Made by a program: the position numbers and the translations under genes
From: Paramecium tetraurelia
Taxonomy: Eukaryota
Direction of reading: 5' to 3'
DNA length: 64,000 nt
Assembly (NCBI GenBank): GCA_000165425.1
Contig: CT868174.1
Location: 310,001 to 374,000, forward strand
Shown: one piece after another, positions 1-12,654 of the stretch
Layout: each line of letters starts with the position of its first letter
How positions within the stretch are numbered: position 1 is the first letter of the stretch
The notes under the pieces: model-generated
Seen by the model: only the letters and a program-made list of their open reading frames with translations
Told to the model about the DNA's origin: nothing
The model's database searches: none

Positions 1-3000
1 CTATCATCTTCAGTAAATGGTCTTCTGATTAATTTTCTTTCCTGTTTACCTGTTTTTGGATTGACTGTTATGATTTCTTCCTCAACATATTGTTCTGGTT
101 CTTCAGAGTTAATTACCTTAACTAATTTACCATCTGATTCTCTTCTCCATTAAGCTAATGACTCATTATTTTCCACTAATTTTCTTGATAATACTATCGT
201 ACCATCCTCTTTACTTTCATTAATATTTTTTCCCAAATTTACCTTTTAATCATTATATGGCCTTCTAATTAATTTCCTTTCCATCATTCCAGTCTCTGGA
301 TTCATTTACAATACTTCTTCCTCAATATATTTCAATGGTTCAGCTTCACTAATTTAATGAATCAGAATTCCTTAATCATTTTATTACCAACTAGTCAATG
401 CAAAATCACTATCAACTATCCTTCTAGCAACTACTTTAGTGCCATCATTCAATTATTCATTAATTTATTCACCCACCTTAAATTTATCATCTTCCAACAT
501 CACAGGTCTTCTTGTTAATCTTCTTTCTTATTTACCTGTTTTTGGATTGTAAACTAGAATCTCTTCTTCAATGAATTTTTAAGCAATATTTGCCAATACT
601 TTTTCCAATGTTCCATCAGGTAGTTTAGACCATCCTTCCTTCTTCAATTAAGTCAAGGATTGCACATTCTCAATCAAACGCCTTGCCAAAATTCTATTTC
701 CTTGAGCATCCTTCTCTTTTATGTCATCTCCTATTTTTAGATTCTAATCCTTAATAGTGAATTGTCTTCGAATCAATTTCCTTTGCATTTATTTGGTCGA
801 CTTATTCACAATTAAGATCTCCTCCTCAATATACTTAACTGGTTCAGCTGCACACAATTGCACTTCAAACATTCCAGCAGATATCTATTTCCACCCTTAT
901 TACAACTAAAACTCAGATGAACTATCATTCTCTACAATACGTCTTGACACTATCTTTCTTCCCCCTTATTAATCAAGAATATTATCTCCCATTTCCATCT
1001 TCTCATCTCCAGGTTAATATGGTCTTCTTGTTAATCTTCTTTCCTATTTACCAGTCTTTGGATTTATTATCAATATTTCCTCCTCTATGAATTTATCTGG
1101 TTCTTGCACATTAATTGTTTTCTCTAATACTCCTTGATGATTAACCCATCCACTCTTCTGCAATTGTTAACTCGATTCAACATTCTCTACTATCTTCCTT
1201 GATAGAATCTTATTTCCATTTTGATCAAATTCCTTCAATTAACCCAATTACAAAGTAGAATCTCTTTTTGCATCATATTATCTTCTCACTAGTTTTCGTT
1301 CATATAATCCACTTTCTTCATTATACACTAGTATTTCTTCTTCAATCATTTAAGATGGCTCTGTCATTGTTATTTCCAGATTCCCATCTTTCATTTTCCA
1401 TCCTTCTTCGTTCAATTAATTTAGTGATTGTTCATTATCCACTATCCTTCTTGCTAACACTCTTTAGCCACCATTTAATTCATTTAATTAATCCCCAATG
1501 GCAACATCCTCATTATAATAAGGCTTTCTTATTATTTTTCTTTCTTATTTCCCAGTCTTTGGGTTTACAATAATTACTTCTTCTTCTATATATTACAAGG
1601 GTTCTTAAGATATCACTTTCTCCTGTTTTTGTACATTCCATCCATCAGCTTATAAGCTAGCCAATGATTAATTATTTTCAATTACTGTCCTTGATAACAC
1701 TCTATTACCCTCATTATCTGTTTCTTATAGATTGTTTCCTATTTTCAGTTTTGGATTAAATGGTTTTCTCACTAACTTTCTTACTAATTACCCATCTTCT
1801 GTTTATACTAGTATCTCCTCTTATATATATTTAACAGGCTCTTTGGAAACCAACTCCATTTAACCTGATTTATTATCAATTACCCATCCTTCCTTTTACA
1901 ATTAATCTTAAGATTACTCATTTTACACTACTCTTCTTGCAACAACCTTTTGATTGCCCCTAGATTCATTCAATGAATCACCTGTATTTAATTCTGAATC
2001 TCCTGCTTACATCGGTCTACGAATAATCTTCCTTTCCATTTGATTTGTTTTAGGATTTAAAATCAATACTTCCTCTTCAATGAATTGAATTGGTTCAGCC
2101 TTAGAAATTACTTATTCTAATTTCCCATCCTATTTTACTGTCCATCTTCGTTATGACTGTTTGTTCTCCACTATTTTTCTTGAAACAATCACATTACCAT
2201 CTTAATCAGTTTCCTTTACATTTCCTAATTTAGCATTAGGATTATAAGGTTTACGAATTAGTTTTCTTTCCATTTATTGAGTTTCAGGATTCAAAACTAA
2301 GATTTCTTCTTCAATATATTTGACAGGTTCATTCTAAGCCAGAATTTTAACCATTGAACCATCAGGTTGTTATTTCCACTCTTTTAATCCTTCAGTAGTC
2401 TCCTCGTTTTCAACTATTCTTCTTGAAATGATTCTCTCTCCTTTCTGTCCAGCTTCATCCATATCATCACCTAATTCAACTTCTTCTCCATAATAAGGTC
2501 TTCTGATGAGTTTTCTCTCCTATTTACCAGTCCTTGGATTTATTGTGATAATTTCCTCTTCAATATATTATTCAGGTTCTTCTGCAATCACTTATTCACC
2601 CAATTATTAACTCTTGAGATTATCAACAACCTTTCTCGATAATACTTTAACATTAGGATCTTCAATTTCTTTAGAATTTATCGGTCTAGTAATAAACTTT
2701 CTTTCCATAACACCTTTTTCTGAATTATAAATAAGTACTTCCTCAACTACAACTTAAGTTGGTTCTTCCTTCACCAAAACTAACTCCATTTAGTCTCCCT
2801 TTTTCTACCATTTTTATAATTCATCACTTGATTATTAATTATCAATTAATCTTCGAGCTACAATTTTAGTATTTCCTTTTCCTTCATTCAATTCTTCTCC
2901 AATCTACAAATCTTACCCATTATATGGTTTTCTTATTAATTTTCTTTCTTATTTTCCATTTTTGTTCATCACTATAACCTCTTCTTCAATGTATTATAAA

Positions 3001-6000
3001 GGTTCTTGGGAGATAATTTTTTCCATCTTCCCATTTTTATCTATTACCCATTCCTATTTCTTTTCTTCAGTCAAAGCATTTTCAACAATCTTTCTTGACA
3101 CAACTCTATTTCCCTATGAATTAATTTCTGTTAGATTATTTCCTTATTTTAATTAAGAATCTTTTTAAGTGAAAGGTCTTCTTATGATTTTTCTCTCCAT
3201 CATACCAGTTTCCTCATTGCAAACCAAGATTTCTTCTTCAATGTATTTAATTGGTTCACTTTAAGATATAACCTTTTCTAAGCATCCATTTTATTATTAA
3301 TTCCACTCTTTTTTTTAACTAGTAGTCATTTCATTGTTTACTATCTTTCTAGATAGAACTTTCATTTATCCATCAGATTCATTTAATTCATCTCCTAACT
3401 TCAATTATTATCCATTGCATGGTTTTCTAATCAATTTTCTTTCAGCCTTTCCATTTTTAAAAACAAGAACTTCTTCTTCATAATATTATTCTGGTTCAGC
3501 AGATAATAATATTTCTTTTTATCCATTTTTACTAGAATTCCATTCTTACATAGAATTTGATGATTTATTGTTATCAATCACTTTTGATGATAATATCTTA
3601 TTGCCATTTTCATCAAACTATCTTTGACCCTCTGTAAATGGTCTTCTTATTAACTTTCTATCCATCATTCCTGTTTCTTCATTATATACTAGGATCTCTT
3701 CTTCTATGAATTTGGTTGGTTCATTCTTTGAAATTTACTTCTCAAATACTCCATTTTTTAATTCAAACTCTTTTCCCTCCTCTCCTTTGACTATTTTTCT
3801 TGAAAGTACTCTTTATCCATTTCCAATATCTTAATTCAAATCATCAGATTCTTCTACCTATTATTCATATAATATTGGTTTTCTAACAATTTTTCTTTCC
3901 TATTTGCCATTCTTAACTATTATAACTTCTTCTTCAATAAATTAATCAGGCTTCTTTGTTGAGATTATTTTCACCAAATTACCATCCTAGCCCTTCTGCC
4001 ATTCGTCTTATTTTTTTATTGATTCAAAATTATCAACTATCCTCCTAGATAAGACTACACCATCATTCGTCTCTTCATTTAATTCACTTCCTAATTTTGC
4101 ATTCTTTTAATATGGCTTTCTAATTATTTTTGTTTCAACCATTCCTGTTTTTGGATTAAAGAAGACCACTTCTTCTTCGATAAATTTGGTTGGTTCTGCA
4201 TTTCCAAGTTTCAACTCATATTAATTATTCTTCTTTTCCCAATTTACTTAAGCATCATTATCAACTATTCTCCTTGCAACTACTCTCTAACCTCCTCCTA
4301 TTGATTCATTCAATTCATCACTAACTTCAATATCTTATCCATAGTAAGGTTTTCTGATTAACTTTCTCTCCTATTTACCAGTTTTAGGATTCACTTAGAT
4401 GATTTCTTCTTCAATATATTATTCAGGTTCTTCTCCCAAAACTACTTCGATGGCTCCAGGATTACTTTACTTCCATCCTTATTTGCTAAGAACAATAGAG
4501 GATTTTCTATTATCAACAACCTTCCTTGAAATTACTTTATCATATTAAGGTTAAGAATTCTAATCTCTTCTAATAATCTTCCTTTCCATCATTCCTGTTT
4601 CTGGATTACGAACCAAGACTTCCTCTTCGATTTACTAAGCTGGTTCGTTAGAGTTGATAGTCATCACTAATTCATCTCCTTATTTTTTCCATTATTTTAA
4701 TTAATCAAGTGATTAATCATTTTTTACAATTCTCCTTGCCACTACATGTTAATCCTTAGATACTTCTTCATCTAATTCATCCCCCAATTCTAAATCTTCT
4801 CCATAATATGGTTTCCTGACTATTTTTCTTTCTTGCTATCCAGTCTTAGGATTCAAAACTAAAATCTCTTCTTCAATATATTAAGCTGGCTCTTCTTGTA
4901 TCAAGATTTCGGTTTGTCCTTATTTCCATTATGATTTAGTTGTCGATTAATTATTTTCAACAACTTTCCTTGAGAGTACTAGATTTCCTTAAGAATCTTA
5001 AATATTAAGATTATTTCCAACTTTAACTGAAGGATTATAGGGTTTTTTGATTATCTTTCTTTCCATCATACCAGTCTCCGGATTCAATACTAAAACTTCT
5101 TCTTCAATAAATTTAATTGGTTCAACTCCTATCTTTTTAACTTTGACACCATCAACTTCAACCCACCCCTACATAGCTTCTTAAGCTTAATTATTATCGA
5201 CAATCTTTCTGGATACTATTTTATAACCTTCCTCAGAAGAAATATTCAAAGAATCTCCTAAATCACCTGGATCTTCTCCCTCCTTCAATGGTCTTCTAAT
5301 TAGTTTTCTTTCTTGCTTTCCTGTCTTCTAATTTAAAATTAAGACTTCTTCTTCTACATATTTAACTGGTTCAACAGCAACTACTTTTTTCAACACCCCC
5401 TTAACCTTTGACCATCCATTTTATGAAGACTCCACATTATCAACAATCCTCCTTGAAACTATTTTGTTACCATCTTTATCAGTTTCACTAACTTATCCAA
5501 CTTCACATGGCTGATATTACCTTCTTACAAGCACTCTCTCTAATTACTTAGTTTCTGGGTTAAGGACAAGTATTTCCTCTTCAATGAATTTAGTAGGTTC
5601 ATCAGATGCTAATTATTTTTCCATCACGTCTCCATTTTTCTGCCATAATTTAAGTTCTTCAGTAGTTTGGTTGTTTTAGATGATCCTTCTAGCTACAATC
5701 TTTTTTCCATTTCCTAATGATTCATTTAATGATTCTCCAATGTCTGGATCTTCGTCATTTCTCAAAGGTCGTCTTACTAATTTTCTTTCTTATTTTCCAG
5801 TTTTTTAATTTATAATTATTATTTCTTCTTCTACAAACTATTCAGGTTCATCATCGCACAAGATCTATTCGTATTGCCCATTCTTCAAAACCCATTATTA
5901 CCCTTAATCTTAAGCTTCTAAATTATCAACAATTTTTCTTGATAATACAGTTCCATTCTGTATATCTTATTTCTTATTATTGGGATCATATGGTCTCTTT

Positions 6001-9000
6001 ACTAATTTCCTCTCCATTAATCCGGTTTCATCATTATATTGCAACAGTTCCTCTATAATCATTTTAGTTGGTTCATTCTTAGCAATTACTCTTACAAGTT
6101 GACCATCCTATTTTACCCAACCTGCTTATTTTAGTTATTCATTGGTTTCTGTATTCTAAACTCTTTTGCTTGATATTATTATACCTTCCTTTAGAGGAGG
6201 ATCATTTACATTTCTTCTAATTAATTTCCTCTCTTATTTCCCAGTTTTTTTATTTTAAATGATGACTTCTTCTTCAATGTACTCTTCAACCTCATTATCA
6301 TTTAAGACTTTCTCAAGATTTTATCCTTTTTATTCCCACCCCTATTTTGACCTATTATCAACAACTTTTCTACTTAATACAGTCATACCATCTCTTTATT
6401 CATTTAAGTTATCACCTAATTTTTGATCTTTCTAGAATGGTCTTCTTATTAATTTCCTTTCTAATAATCCAGTATGATTATTTTTAATCAGAACTTCTTC
6501 TTCTAGATATTTTACAGGCTCATTGCTATTTAGGATCTATTCAAATTGACCATTATTAAATTACCAATCATCCGAGCAATGTTCATTTGATACTATTCTT
6601 CTTGAGATTACCTTCATGTTAGGACCTATCGATTCATTCAAATCATCTCCAATAGCTTCGTTTTCATTAGTGTATGGTTTTCTTATTAATTTCCTTTCTT
6701 GTTTTCCGGTTTTTGGATTAATTATCAAAACTTCTTATTCTATGTAATGTTCTGGTTCATTTTAATTAATAACTTAAATCAACTATCCTTTGTTATCAAA
6801 TTTCCAATTTTTCATTTCAGCTTATGAAAAATTATTGTCAACTATCTTTCTATTAACCACAACAGTTCCATCTTAAAGTTATTCATTAACATTTCCAGTT
6901 TATACTTTTTTATTTGGATCGTAAGGCTTTCTAACTTTTTATCTGACAATCTAACCATTTTTATCCTTGATTAATATTTCTTCTTCAATGTATTATGTGG
7001 GTTCTTCATTGAGAATAATCTCTTAGATTTCTTACCCTTTTTGTTACTACCAATTTCTTTATCCATAAATTGACTGATCATTTTATACAATTCTTCTAGC
7101 AACAACTCTTTATCCATCATTAATTTCATTAATTGATTCTCCAAGATCAACATCCTCTTGATAGTAAGGTTTTCTAATAAGTTTCCTTTCTTACTTGCCT
7201 GTTTTTGGATTTACGACAAGAACTTCTTCTTCAATATATGCTTCAGGTTCTTAGGATGAAATTATTTTAATTTAAGTTCCATTATTTTAAGAATTCCATC
7301 CATCTTACTAGTTAGATTTGAATGATTTAGTATTATCAACGATCGACCTAGATAATATTTTATTTCCATTAGAATCGGTTTCATTTAATTCCGTACCAGT
7401 TTTTAATCTACCATCCTTGTTTGGATTATATTATCTACGAATTAATTTTCTTTCCATCAGACCAGTCTCTTAATCATATTCTAAAACCTCCTCTTCAACA
7501 TATTGTTAAGGTTCAGACTTCGATATTTATAATTCTAACTAGCCTTTATTGTTTCTAACCCAATTTTCATTTTGCAATTGTGAAGAAGATTAATCATTAG
7601 ACACAATCCTTCTGGATACTATTTTCATTCCATTAAGATCTTCATTTAGATTTTCTCCAATATTGACTTATTGATTATTGTACGGTCTTCTAATTAGTTT
7701 TCTCTCTTAGATTCCATTTTTTAAAATAAGCACTTCTTCTTCAATATATTTTTCAGGTTCTTAAATGCTAATAATCTTCTCGTATTTTCCATTTTATTCA
7801 ATCCATCCTTCTTCCTTCTATTTATTAAGAGATTAAACATTTTATATTACTTATCTGGATAATATTTTATTCCCCTTCTTATCTACCTCAGCTAAATTCT
7901 CTCCAAATTTTAATTTCTCATCTTATTTAGTCAATTGTCTTTTAATCATTTTCCTCTCATAATTACCAGTTTCTTTATTAAAACATAGGACTTCTTCAAT
8001 GAGATATTAAGTAGGTTCAATCTACTTAATTTCTAATTCTCCATTTTCATTTAATTTCCATCCTTGTTATTCTAATTATTATTTTGATTGATCATTTCCA
8101 ACAACTCTTCTTGCAACTATCCTTTCTCCATTTTCATTAGTGTCATTGATATCATCCCCATAATTTCTTTGTAAATCATCTTAAAGAAAAGGTCTTCTAA
8201 CTAGTTTTCTCTCCTATTTTCCATTTTTAATCACAATTATTTCTTCTTCAATATATTCTTCAGGTTCCTCAGCTATAGTTTATCGATATGATCCCATAGA
8301 TCCTCTTGTCCAATCTGAGCCAAGTAACTTTAAATTGGGTACAAGTGTACGCTTAACAATAATATTACCATCCTTATCAACTTCTTTCAAATGACCAAAT
8401 TAAATCTTATCTTTATTAACAGATGGTCTCTTTATTAGTTATCTAATCATCGTTCCTGTTTATTGATTAAATGTGAGTACTTCTTCTTCAATAAATTCGA
8501 TTGGCTCGCTTTAAATTAAAACTTTCTCTAAATTTCTTGTAATCTCATTTTTCTTCCAATTTTCAAGATTACCATCATTCTTAACAATTTTTCTACTAAC
8601 AACAACTTAATCGTCAGATATTCTTTCATTTAAATCTTCTCCTAATTAGCATTTTTCCCCATCTTATAAAATAGGTCTTCGAATTAATTTTCTTTATTAT
8701 TTACCAGCTGATAAATTTTGTATTAATATCTCTTCCTCATAGAAATTTAATATTTTATCAATTGATATTATTTTTTCTAATTATCCACTTCTATTTTTAA
8801 TCCATCCTTGTTCTCTAAGATAAATTGTAGATTCAATATTATCACCTACTTCCCTTGAAATAATCTAACTTCCATCAAACTATAGTTCATCTAAACGATC
8901 TCCTAGTATCAAATTTTGTTCATTGACTTCTAAATCATATCTAATTGATTTTTTTGTCTATTCATAATTGTCAAAATCTATTTCAGCAATCATTTCTTAA

Positions 9001-10000
9001 ACATATTTACAAGACTCTCCTTATTTAATGATTTTTTCCCAGTATTTTTTATCTGAATAATATTTCCAATCTTTTTCAACTTATTTCTCTCCCCTAATAA
9101 CTCTTCTAGCAATTATTCTTATTCCTTAAATTTAAATTTCATATAAATTTTCTCCAAATTCCTACTAGACTTTATTTAGAGACTATTCATCAAAATAGAT
9201 CTTTCTTATTAATTTTCTATCTTGTTTCTTTTAAGATACTATTAATATTTCTTCTTCAACATAATAAACTTCATCTTCATTTTAAATATATTTCTAAGCA
9301 GTTCCTAAATTGAAATTGCATTCCCAACCATCCTACGCCAATTATTTAGATGATTATATATTTTCTACAATTCTACTTGATACTAATTTTTGTCCTTCCT
9401 CTAATTTTCTATTTTTGTCATATTTCCTTCTAATTATTTTTCTTTCTATTTAACCTGTGTATGGATTTACCTCTAATATTTCTTCCTCAACATATTTATT
9501 TGGTTCTCTATTACCAAGTATTCTTTCTAATTTAGATTCTTTTGTAACCCATCCTTCCTACTCGAGTTATTCAGTTGATTATTCATTTACAACAATTCTA
9601 CGACCAATAATTCTTTATCCCTAAGAATTGATCTCGTTTAATCCTTCTCCTAATTTAACATTTTAATCATTATAAGGTATTCTCACTATTTTTCTAGTCA
9701 ATTAACCAGTTTTAGGATTTTCAATTAGAATTTCTTCTTCAATATATTTTTAAGGTTCTTATTCACTTATGACTTTTTTGAGTTCTCCATTTTCTTATCG
9801 ATTCCATCCTACTTCATCTGTAACATTGACCAACTTTCGAGATACTAATATTTTACCATCACCCATATCTTATTTGAGGTTATTACCATATTCATAATCT
9901 TAATCAATAGGTCTTCTTATTAAGACCCTTTTAACTTGGTCAGTTTCCTCATCATATTCTAAATATTCTTCTTCTATCATATCTAATGGTTCTGAGGCTC
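1..10000 (-). repeat. Coding tandem repeat array, unit ~190-270 nt, consensus EPxxYIEEEILVxNPKTGxxERKLIRRPY...LGDxLNE...GxKIxSRKIVDN...GW...GxLEKVI
   Basis: The EEE motif (plus-strand ttcttcttcaat-like) recurs about 42 times from ~76 to ~9966. Copies are diverged at DNA level but conserved at protein level. Confidence 0.92.
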
Positions 10001-11747
10001 TCAATTCTTCGATTAAATCCTATTCAGATTGAAAGAGGGAACTAGCATTAGTATTTTTATTATCATGTTAAGATACTCTACTATTAAAAGAATTATTTAA
10101 TTTATTGGTTTTTTCTTGACTATTATTTCTTTATTGTGCATTTCCTAACTCAACAATCATGGATTAAACTTAATCTAAATGAACAGAACTGCTTCTTCTT
10201 GAATGAGTACGATCTCTCATATCGACTGGAACTTATTGCAGATTGCCAAGTTTATTAATAGACTTTTGAATGTCTTAAATAAGTAATCTTATTAAATTAG
10301 CCTTTTTCACTGAAGAACCTTAATTGTTCCTCTATTCTTATATAAAGGATTTGCCAACGGGACTTGGAGAATGTTAAGTAAGGAATGTTTGGACACACCT
10401 TGCAGGAGTAGTAGGAACTCCTTTTTTTGGAGTTTGAAAGTGATGCATCTTGTCCTGTTATTGAGGAGAATAATAGAATCTCTACATTGGAGATACAATC
10501 GAGGTTCTAGATTTACTCATGACTCTAGATGAGAATAATTGTTATGAACTTTTCATAGGAGACATTTATTTTATTATTGACAATTTGGTTTCTGTTGATC
10601 TCAAATGAGCTTAGACATCTACTTCGATATGTTATTATCTTAACACAGATATTCCTTCATTAAATCTTCGTTTATCAACAGTGAATGCAGGTAAATTGAA
10701 AGCATACTTAGTAGCAAAAATTGGTTGGATTGAACTTAAATACTTCAATTCAAATTCTGGTAGTTGGAATCTAATCTGTTCATTAAGTTGTTATAATTCA
10801 TTATTTTCATTGGTATACAGATTCGCCTTATCGATTTTGATCAATCGACCCTCCTCAGTAAAACAATAAATGAAGTAGTTGGTCTAAGATAAGTGGTGAA
10901 TTCTGATATTTATTGCCAATCTCCTTATTATATATCTTCCATTATTGTTAATCAATATAAACATTCGATTTTTATCTATTTATATAGTGAATAATTACTT
11001 GATAGTAAGATTGAATATCTGTCATTTGGTATAATCTCATTCACTATTAAATAGTTTGAGTCTATCTGCTCTGCTCTTGTAATTGCCCACATATTTTAAC
11101 AAGTGAAGTATTCATTTGATAATTTAAATATTTCACTCAACACTTACACTTAAGCCTGTTGATCAGTAAAAATAACATAATCTTTGGCAGCACAGATCTT
11201 TATGAACCTCCCATCTATTCTCGTTGGAATATCGCTTCTACCCAAAGGAGAATTACCCCATATCCATGCTTATCCTTTGTAATCCAAACCGCATCCAATG
11301 TTACTAGATAACGATATGCTCTTGTAATCGTTACCGATCTTTATTGGTGTTTATGAAATATAACATTTCTCATTACCCAACAAACCTAAAGATATTATCA
11401 ATCTTACCTAATTATAATTTATCCTCTCCAAATCCAAATAACTATCCTGAGTAGGTCAACAACAAAGTAACTGATTCATTTGTTGCTATTTGTTTCACTT
11501 TACAATTCCAAGTTGGAATTCTGTAAAATGATTTCCCAAGTTCTAAATAGTAAACGCATCCATTCTCTAAACAGACTAACCAACAAAAATACCTGATAAA
11601 ATTTGATACTAATTTTTGAGGAATCCCTTACACACTTGTCTTACATTTCCCATCTATTTTAATGCATCAACACCTTAAAAAGTTTTCTTAACTCATATTT
11701 ATATTAGATACCTCCTCCTCATCATAGAAATAAATTATTTCATCCAT
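1..11747 (-). CDS. Giant protein (>3,900 aa, 3' end outside window): N-terminal RCC1/BLIP-II-like repeats, S/P/Q-rich linker, then >=42 tandem ~80-aa repeats
   Basis: ATG at 11747 (MDEIIYFYDEEE) with tiny introns near 11710, 11630 and 11408. RCC1-like motifs KQIATNESVTLLLTYSGQLFGFG and IGCGLDYKGQAWIWG. The frame was traced open (ciliate code) into the repeat array. The array was checked motif by motif, not codon by codon. Confidence 0.85.
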
Positions 11748-11915
11748 TTTTATAAATTTTATTTAATAATTATTATTACAACCTCAATAATTAAGATTTA
11801 TCAATGAAGACTTTGCAAATCCCAAATATTTGGCTCCTAAATTACATCATACTTATGTTATTCTACTCATTCTCTTATCCATAAGATTTTATTAACCATT
11901 ACTTTTTACAAGCTT

Positions 11916-12554
11916 ATGAAAATCCACCTAATCATCCAAACTTACTTACTTCATTTCTCAATTGATCTTAAAAATATTTTAATCTATATATCAAATGTTG
12001 CAGAAGTGTCATCTAACAGTTCCTCAGATTTCAAAGTGATTATGAACTCTGCAGCATAATTGTTTATTCTAGTATTAGAAGTTTGTGAAAACCAATTCTA
12101 CAATATTTTACTAAGTAAATTTCATCCCCAAATGGCTTCAATTTTTAATATCACCTAATGTTCCATCTAATTATATCCAAGAATCGCAAAATTTATATAT
12201 TTATCTTTAAACCCTCATTATACAATTTCCTTCCAATAACCTCTGTCCCTAGACTAATTCTCATAATGTTAAGCACTATTTTGGAGTGATATGTTCAAAT
12301 AACTAATTCATTTTTTTAATTACTTTGACTAAAATACACTCTCGTTCAAGCATTCTCATTACTTCAAGTCAAAAGATGCCCCTGATGAAACCTAAGGGTG
12401 TGCATATGGAACACATAATGGAAGATACTAGGCCTCTTTTACACAGCATTTGTTGTATAATGATAATTAATGTCATATTGTCATTTATTCTTTTAACATG
12501 GAATAAGGATTAATTCGAATATAGCTAAACAGAATTTAAACATTTTTATAATGA
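11916..12554 (+). CDS. Hypothetical protein (~210 aa), start uncertain
   Basis: TGA-free frame from ATG 11916 to TGA 12552-12554 with many TAA/TAG Gln codons. No recognisable motif. Confidence 0.5.
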
Positions 12555-12654
12555 TTTCAATGTCCTTCATCTAGTAGTAATTGAGAATTAATTTGATAAA
12601 CTAATAATCAAGAAAATTTGAAATAGTATATGTAATTATTTATTATACTAATTA

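Noticed and set aside
11804..11965. Short ORF MKTLQIPNIWLLNYIILMLFYSFS... as the start of the plus-strand gene
   Set aside because: It ends at TGA after ~53 codons in a different frame from the long ORF, and I found no clear intron to join them.
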